Source: a virus
Lineage: Duplodnaviria > Caudoviricetes
Length of the DNA stretch: 27,609 nt
IMG/VR virus record: IMGVR_UViG_3300037422_000064
Span: 1-27,609 of that record
Strand: one strand, 5' to 3'
Made by a program: the position numbers and the translations under genes. Shown piece after piece: positions 23,435 to 27,609 of the stretch. The notes beneath the pieces were generated by a model, which was not told the origin of the DNA, did no database searches, and was given only the letters and a program-made list of their open reading frames with translations. Positions within the stretch are counted from its first letter, which is position 1; every line of letters begins with the position of its first letter.

Positions 23435-25171
23435 CTATGAACCATAGCGCTCATCATTTTCCAGCGGGGCTTCTTCGCTGTCTTCGAGATGGTTGAAGAT
23501 CAAGTGATCGGAGTGAAAGTGCAGGTTTATGTCGCCCAGATGGCCGTTGCGATTTTTCTTGACGGCCAGTTTGGTTTCGCACGAGTTAAACTTCCGGTAC
23601 AAGAATAGCACAATATCGGCGTCGTGTTCCAGTTCTCCTGATTCGCGCAGACTATCAAGGCCGGGTTCATGGTCTTTGTTCTTCTTGTCCGGGTTGCGGG
23701 CGAGTGACGACATACAGATGACCGGGATGTTGAAGTCAAGGGCCATGTTCTTGAGGCCTTTGCTGGCGGCTTCGACTTGGATGCGCTTCTCTGAGGCGGC
23801 TTTCTTGACGCTCATGATCTGCAAGTAGTCAACGATGAGCATGAGTCCGCTATGGCGGGCCTGCGAGTTCTCGACCATCTCGCGGACGCTTTCTATCGTC
23901 GAGGCACTGTCAGACATATAAATCGGCAGACTCGAGAGTTTGTCAACGGTGGCGGCGGCCCGTTGGACGTCTTCCGGGCCAAGGTTGGCTCGACGTAGTT
24001 GGCTGGCGGGGATCGGGCTGTTTTGGGCGACCATGCGAAGCATGAGGGCGGCGTTCTTCATCTCCCTGGAAATGATGAGCACTGTCGTGTTCTTCTCGGC
24101 GATGCCGCGGGCCATTTGGAGAGCGAGGGCTGTCTTGCCGACGCCCGGCCTGGCGCCGAGGTATGTTAGTTCGCCGCCTTGGAAGCCGCCGCAGAGGTAG
24201 TAATCAAGGCGGTCGATAGAGCTCGTATAGAATTTTCCGGGGCCGGCTTTCAGGTTGGCGAGAAAATCCCTGCCGACGGTTTTGATGTGAACGGCCGAGG
24301 CCTTGTCTTGGCCGTTGCGCTGCGCGTCGCCTCGGGAGATCGAGTTGACGACGCGCAGGAGGTCTTTACGTTCCATGGGGGTTGGCTGGCCGTTGCGGGT
24401 ACATCTCTTGGCGAAGGTGGCGGCCATGATGTCGAAGGTCGCCTCCGGGCTCAGGCCGCGGTTGATGAAATAACCGGCCAGCTTGGCGGCTGTATTATCT
24501 ATCGACCCCCATTCCGCGCCTTTGAGCGCCTGGTCGACCCAATCTGGTTGATTTTGGGCCCCAGATGGCCCTAGGAGCGTTTTGCCATCCTGGGGGGTGA
24601 AGTGGGCCTCAATCATCGCAAGGAGGCCCTGCGGCGCTTGCGGGATGGGGCCATCTGGAGAGACTGCCCAGGCATATTGGCGCCCGCTTGGATGGGTGCT
24701 TGGCGGGAGGATGCCGTAGCTCCCGTTGGTCAGGATCTCAACAAATGGCTTTTTGCCGTTTGTGGACAAGAATTTTTCGCCAGGAATCTTGGGCCAGTCC
24801 TTGGGGGCCCTTAAATAAATTTGGTAACCGTTGCCGGTCATGACGCGCGGGGCGTCCTCTGGGATGACCACGCCGGCTTGGTTTAGCAGGGCTTCGGCCG
24901 CCTTGGCGCCCTGGTGGCCGTGTTCTTCGCCGCCGTCTAGGTCCACGATGACCATGCCTTGGGGAATAACGCTCCCGATGTTGGCCTTCTCGTCTTCGAA
25001 CCATGCGGTTATCTCGGCCTCGGTTGGTGGCCGCTTTTGATAGGGTTCCCAGGATGGTATCTTCTTCAGGTCAGGCCGCTTCCATGCAGGGTTGGGCTGA
25101 CCTTCCCGGTTTAGCGGGATGGGTCGCAGGCCGTAATCCAGATAGGCGAGGGCTATTTCGGTTAAATTCAT
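23435..25171 (-). CDS. Bifunctional primase-polymerase (Prim-Pol, PriCT-like linker) fused to a DnaB-like helicase
   Basis: IVDLDG, TGNGYQIY and LPPSTHPSGRQYAW (Prim-Pol); GARPGVGKT, ISREM, IVDYLQ, LRESGELEHDAD and KNRNG (DnaB_C). Confidence 0.92.
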   Translation of the reverse strand: MNLTEIALAYLDYGLRPIPLNREGQPNPAWKRPDLKKIPSWEPYQKRPPTEAEITAWFEDEKANIGSVIPQGMVIVDLDGGEEHGHQGAKAAEALLNQAGVVIPEDAPRVMTGNGYQIYLRAPKDWPKIPGEKFLSTNGKKPFVEILTNGSYGILPPSTHPSGRQYAWAVSPDGPIPQAPQGLLAMIEAHFTPQDGKTLLGPSGAQNQPDWVDQALKGAEWGSIDNTAAKLAGYFINRGLSPEATFDIMAATFAKRCTRNGQPTPMERKDLLRVVNSISRGDAQRNGQDKASAVHIKTVGRDFLANLKAGPGKFYTSSIDRLDYYLCGGFQGGELTYLGARPGVGKTALALQMARGIAEKNTTVLIISREMKNAALMLRMVAQNSPIPASQLRRANLGPEDVQRAAATVDKLSSLPIYMSDSASTIESVREMVENSQARHSGLMLIVDYLQIMSVKKAASEKRIQVEAASKGLKNMALDFNIPVICMSSLARNPDKKNKDHEPGLDSLRESGELEHDADIVLFLYRKFNSCETKLAVKKNRNGHLGDINLHFHSDHLIFNHLEDSEEAPLENDERYGS

Positions 25172-25722
25172 ATGCAGGTGGCGGTTTCAAAGTGCAAGGC
25201 ACCGCATTTTCGGCAAAAGCCGTTACCTTCAGGGTCGGCGTCGTAACCTGGGGCCCATCCGACCGGGCGACCGGCTGTTGGGCGACGCGCGCGCGTAGCG
25301 CGGCGCGGCGCACTCCCCCTCTTAGTAGTTATCTCCCTCTCATACATCTTGGTTACAGGTTGAACACGGTTTGGATACGCTTTGAGTCTCAAATTATCCT
25401 GCTTTTTCCTAAAGTTTAATATTTCGATCTCGAGGTCATCCCCGGATGACTTGAAGATGACCTTTGAGTGATCCCTGGGATCACTCGGGGGTCGGGAAAA
25501 AATAGTCAATGTTTTTATAACTTTTTCTTTTCGCGTCATCATGGCGTGTGCCAGCACGGTTGCAGAGCATCTTAAAGTGTTCTCTCGTCCGTGGCGGTGG
25601 AGCATTTCTAGCAGGACCCACCAGGCCCATCCGGCGAAATGACCGCCGCGGTCTATGCTTTGTTTTATCCATAGATCTTCGTGGGCGTTCGCGTCATGTT
25701 TGAACCAGGGTAGTTTATTCAT
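25168..25722 (-). CDS. Phage replication initiator-like protein (DUF4373/Lin1244-like N-terminus)
   Basis: Start reassigned to ATG 25722 (CAGGAG RBS). WFKHDANAHED...G...WWVLLEML winged-helix-type N-terminus; C-terminal CxxC...H...C; directly upstream of the primase-helicase. Confidence 0.7.
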   Translation of the reverse strand: MNKLPWFKHDANAHEDLWIKQSIDRGGHFAGWAWWVLLEMLHRHGRENTLRCSATVLAHAMMTRKEKVIKTLTIFSRPPSDPRDHSKVIFKSSGDDLEIEILNFRKKQDNLRLKAYPNRVQPVTKMYEREITTKRGSAPRRATRARRPTAGRPVGWAPGYDADPEGNGFCRKCGALHFETATCI

Positions 25723-26248
25723 CGAAGCGCTCCTGTCTTGCGGCGTCATAGGCCCTGATGATTTTGGGTGCGTCGTAGGAGTAGCCTTTGTCGCCTTCGT
25801 CCGGGAGGTGGCAGGCCCCCCCTTGTTGATGGCATGGCAGTCGGTGTGACCGCCCGTTGAATGTAATGCCGAAGGCTCCGCATCTCATGCATTGGCACCA
25901 TAGATAGCCTTCATCGAAATTTCCCCATCTTAAAATGATAGCGCCGGGATCGAAAGAGTCATCTCTTGGAATTTCGCCGTGAAATATAAAAACGGGATGT
26001 CCGGCTTCTGAAAGTCTGCGAGCGACTTCGATCTCTCTTTCGTTGGGCGGTGCGCCTTTTATTTCAATCCAGGCTTCTTGTTGTGGTAGCCAAAAATCGG
26101 GAAGGTATCGATAGCCGCCGCCGAGATCAAATCCCTCCATTTCGTAGGCGTAGGGGACGCCGAGGGTTTTGAAAAATACGGCCCACCTGGCCTCAAGGCG
26201 GGATCTAAAGAAATGACCGTCAAATTTTGTTTCTATGGCTTTGATCAT
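25715..26248 (-). CDS. PD-(D/E)xK nuclease-family protein
   Basis: FRSRLEARWAVFF, YEMEGF, YLPDFWLP and IEIKG motifs; C-terminal Cys cluster. Confidence 0.85.
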   Translation of the reverse strand: MIKAIETKFDGHFFRSRLEARWAVFFKTLGVPYAYEMEGFDLGGGYRYLPDFWLPQQEAWIEIKGAPPNEREIEVARRLSEAGHPVFIFHGEIPRDDSFDPGAIILRWGNFDEGYLWCQCMRCGAFGITFNGRSHRLPCHQQGGACHLPDEGDKGYSYDAPKIIRAYDAARQERFDE

Positions 26249-26519
26249 GATGTTCCTCGTACAAAATGCACGCCTGATCTTTCAGTCGGATATCGGTTCC
26301 GGGGCCGTTAGTGATTGGTGCCTTGCCGCATTTGTAGAATGTTTTGGTGCAGCGGTTGGCTTTGACAAATTTGCAAGACCTGCAAGTCCGACCTTCGGGT
26401 CCTGCGCCGCGCACGTCGGCCCATGGCTGGCCCGACCGCCGGCCGCCGCGGCCTCTTGAGTATCCCGGCGCCTGCGCGACTGCGATCCATTTGGGGTCGC
26501 CGAAGATTGGATTAGCCAT
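26220..26519 (-). CDS. Small Cys-rich (possible Zn-binding) hypothetical protein
   Basis: GPEGRTCRSC...YKC...TDIR....AC; overlaps neighbours at both ends. Confidence 0.7.
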   Translation of the reverse strand: MANPIFGDPKWIAVAQAPGYSRGRGGRRSGQPWADVRGAGPEGRTCRSCKFVKANRCTKTFYKCGKAPITNGPGTDIRLKDQACILYEEHHDQSHRNKI

Positions 26520-27609
26520 CGATGGCCTGCATCGCCGCCTTAATGAATTCCGCGGCTACTTGCGGGACGATCGCGTTGCCGTAGGCGCGTATTCGCACCA
26601 CTCGGCCGGGAATCCCATAAGCCAGCGGGGCAATGCCGGGCTCAAGGCGCCGCGTTTTTCCGTCGGCGCATGGGATGCGGTCATATCGGTCCCAAGGACC
26701 TGTGTTCTCAGGTCCTTCCCGCCCTGCCCGTGTTCCCCGGCTCCGTGGCTGTCCGATGTTCTCGGGGTTGCCCATCCGGCCATCTGCGCTTGTTGACCCA
26801 GGCATGAAACAACCACGCCCATTTTCGCTCCCTTCAAATTGGCCTTCCGCTTTCTTTCCAGGTGCGCTTCCGCTGATCCTCCCCATGTCGTTGCCGTAGG
26901 GCTGGCCCATCCTGCTGGGCGAGCCTCGCCCAGCAGGTTCGCTTTGCCGTTTCGCTTCCTGCCGCTGGATGATACCTGTGCCGTCGGACTCTGCCATCCC
27001 GCCATCGCCGCCACTTCTCCGAGATACAGTGGGACTGTGTTTTGATTGGCGTTGCGTTTCCGAAATGCGATGCACTTTGCCATCGTTTCCTCGTTGCGTA
27101 CTCGATCGACGGAAGTTGGCGTGGGCCATCCACCACAATCTTTGCCGGATGTGCGGCGAGTTGACGCTCGCAGCGCACAAATCGGCGGCCCCGACGGCAT
27201 ATCCCATCGCTTCCAGGTCAGAGCGTACTCCATCGAGCCAAAGGCGGCCATCCTTTGAAGTAACCTGCTCTCCAAAGACCGTTGCAGGACGGCGCTCGCG
27301 GATAAGTTCTCGGAAAAAAGGCCAGAGGTGGCGCTCATCCTCAACGCCTCTGCGCCTCCCGGCCTGTGAAAATGGCTGACATGGGCATGATCCGGTCCAG
27401 ACTTCGCGGTCTGCTGGCCAGCCGGCAAGCTGGAGGGCGAGTTCCCATCCTGCGATTCCTGCGAAAAAATGAACTCGCCTTGTTCTGGCGAGGTCTTGCG
27501 CTTTGATTTCTTGGATGGGTCTGTCATCGACGACTCCTTCGCTGATTTTTTTGGCCGCGATTAAATTGCGGAGCCATTGCGCGGTTTTCTTGTCGTACTC
27601 GTTATAGTA
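26512..27609 (-). CDS. C5 cytosine DNA methyltransferase, alpha polypeptide (5' end beyond the window)
   Basis: The frame is open from the window edge: YYNEYDKKTAQWLRNLI...HFFAGIAGW (motif I)...WTGSCPCQPFS (IV)...GEQV (VI)...PHIRQRLW (VIII)...AYGNAIVPQ (X). The ORF track shows only its 3' part. Confidence 0.92.
   Translation of the reverse strand, partial: YYNEYDKKTAQWLRNLIAAKKISEGVVDDRPIQEIKAQDLARTRRVHFFAGIAGWELALQLAGWPADREVWTGSCPCQPFSQAGRRRGVEDERHLWPFFRELIRERRPATVFGEQVTSKDGRLWLDGVRSDLEAMGYAVGAADLCAASVNSPHIRQRLWWMAHANFRRSSTQRGNDGKVHRISETQRQSKHSPTVSRRSGGDGGMAESDGTGIIQRQEAKRQSEPAGRGSPSRMGQPYGNDMGRISGSAPGKKAEGQFEGSENGRGCFMPGSTSADGRMGNPENIGQPRSRGTRAGREGPENTGPWDRYDRIPCADGKTRRLEPGIAPLAYGIPGRVVRIRAYGNAIVPQVAAEFIKAAMQAIDG
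26556..27527 (-). CDS. C5 methyltransferase beta polypeptide, in an alternative frame nested within the alpha gene
   Basis: GAAGGAG RBS 6 nt before ATG 27527; 323 open codons; four GWxxP units; motif IX-like LSPALPRWLMGFPAEW, which is absent from the alpha frame. Confidence 0.8.
   Translation of the reverse strand: MTDPSKKSKRKTSPEQGEFIFSQESQDGNSPSSLPAGQQTAKSGPDHAHVSHFHRPGGAEALRMSATSGLFSENLSASAVLQRSLESRLLQRMAAFGSMEYALTWKRWDMPSGPPICALRASTRRTSGKDCGGWPTPTSVDRVRNEETMAKCIAFRKRNANQNTVPLYLGEVAAMAGWQSPTAQVSSSGRKRNGKANLLGEARPAGWASPTATTWGGSAEAHLERKRKANLKGAKMGVVVSCLGQQAQMAGWATPRTSDSHGAGEHGQGGKDLRTQVLGTDMTASHAPTEKRGALSPALPRWLMGFPAEWCEYAPTATRSSRK

Noticed and set aside
1-27609. Host assignment, prophage status, tRNAs, integrase/att, alternative genetic code
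   Set aside because: No host genes, integrase or tRNA are visible. All three stop codons end genes normally. The signal peptides and lipoprotein only hint at a diderm host.

Overview
This window is a GC-rich segment of a tailed dsDNA (pro)phage with an HK97-type head and a non-contractile tail. Every credible gene is on the minus strand and most are translationally coupled (ATGA/GTGA/TAATG overlaps). Read right to left, the early module has a two-frame (M.EcoHK31I-like) C5 methyltransferase cut by the window edge, a PD-(D/E)xK nuclease, a replication initiator, a Prim-Pol/DnaB fusion, RusA, a ParB-N4/N6 methylase and two MazG-superfamily genes. A structured leader with a terminator follows. 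The late module has TerS, TerL, a portal-gpF fusion, protease, major capsid, neck genes, major tail protein, tail chaperones with a -1 slippery site, tape measure, Dit-like, hub and tail fibre. The distal cluster has an alpha/alpha-barrel enzyme, a lipoprotein, a membrane protein and small beta-rich proteins. The most unusual points are: (1) the tail fibre and two distal proteins have classical Sec signal peptides; (2) an uncharacterised alpha/alpha-toroid enzyme sits where an endolysin is expected; (3) the TerL ATPase motifs deviate at three positions; (4) the methyltransferase is encoded in two overlapping frames. All family assignments come from motif recognition by eye, not database searches.
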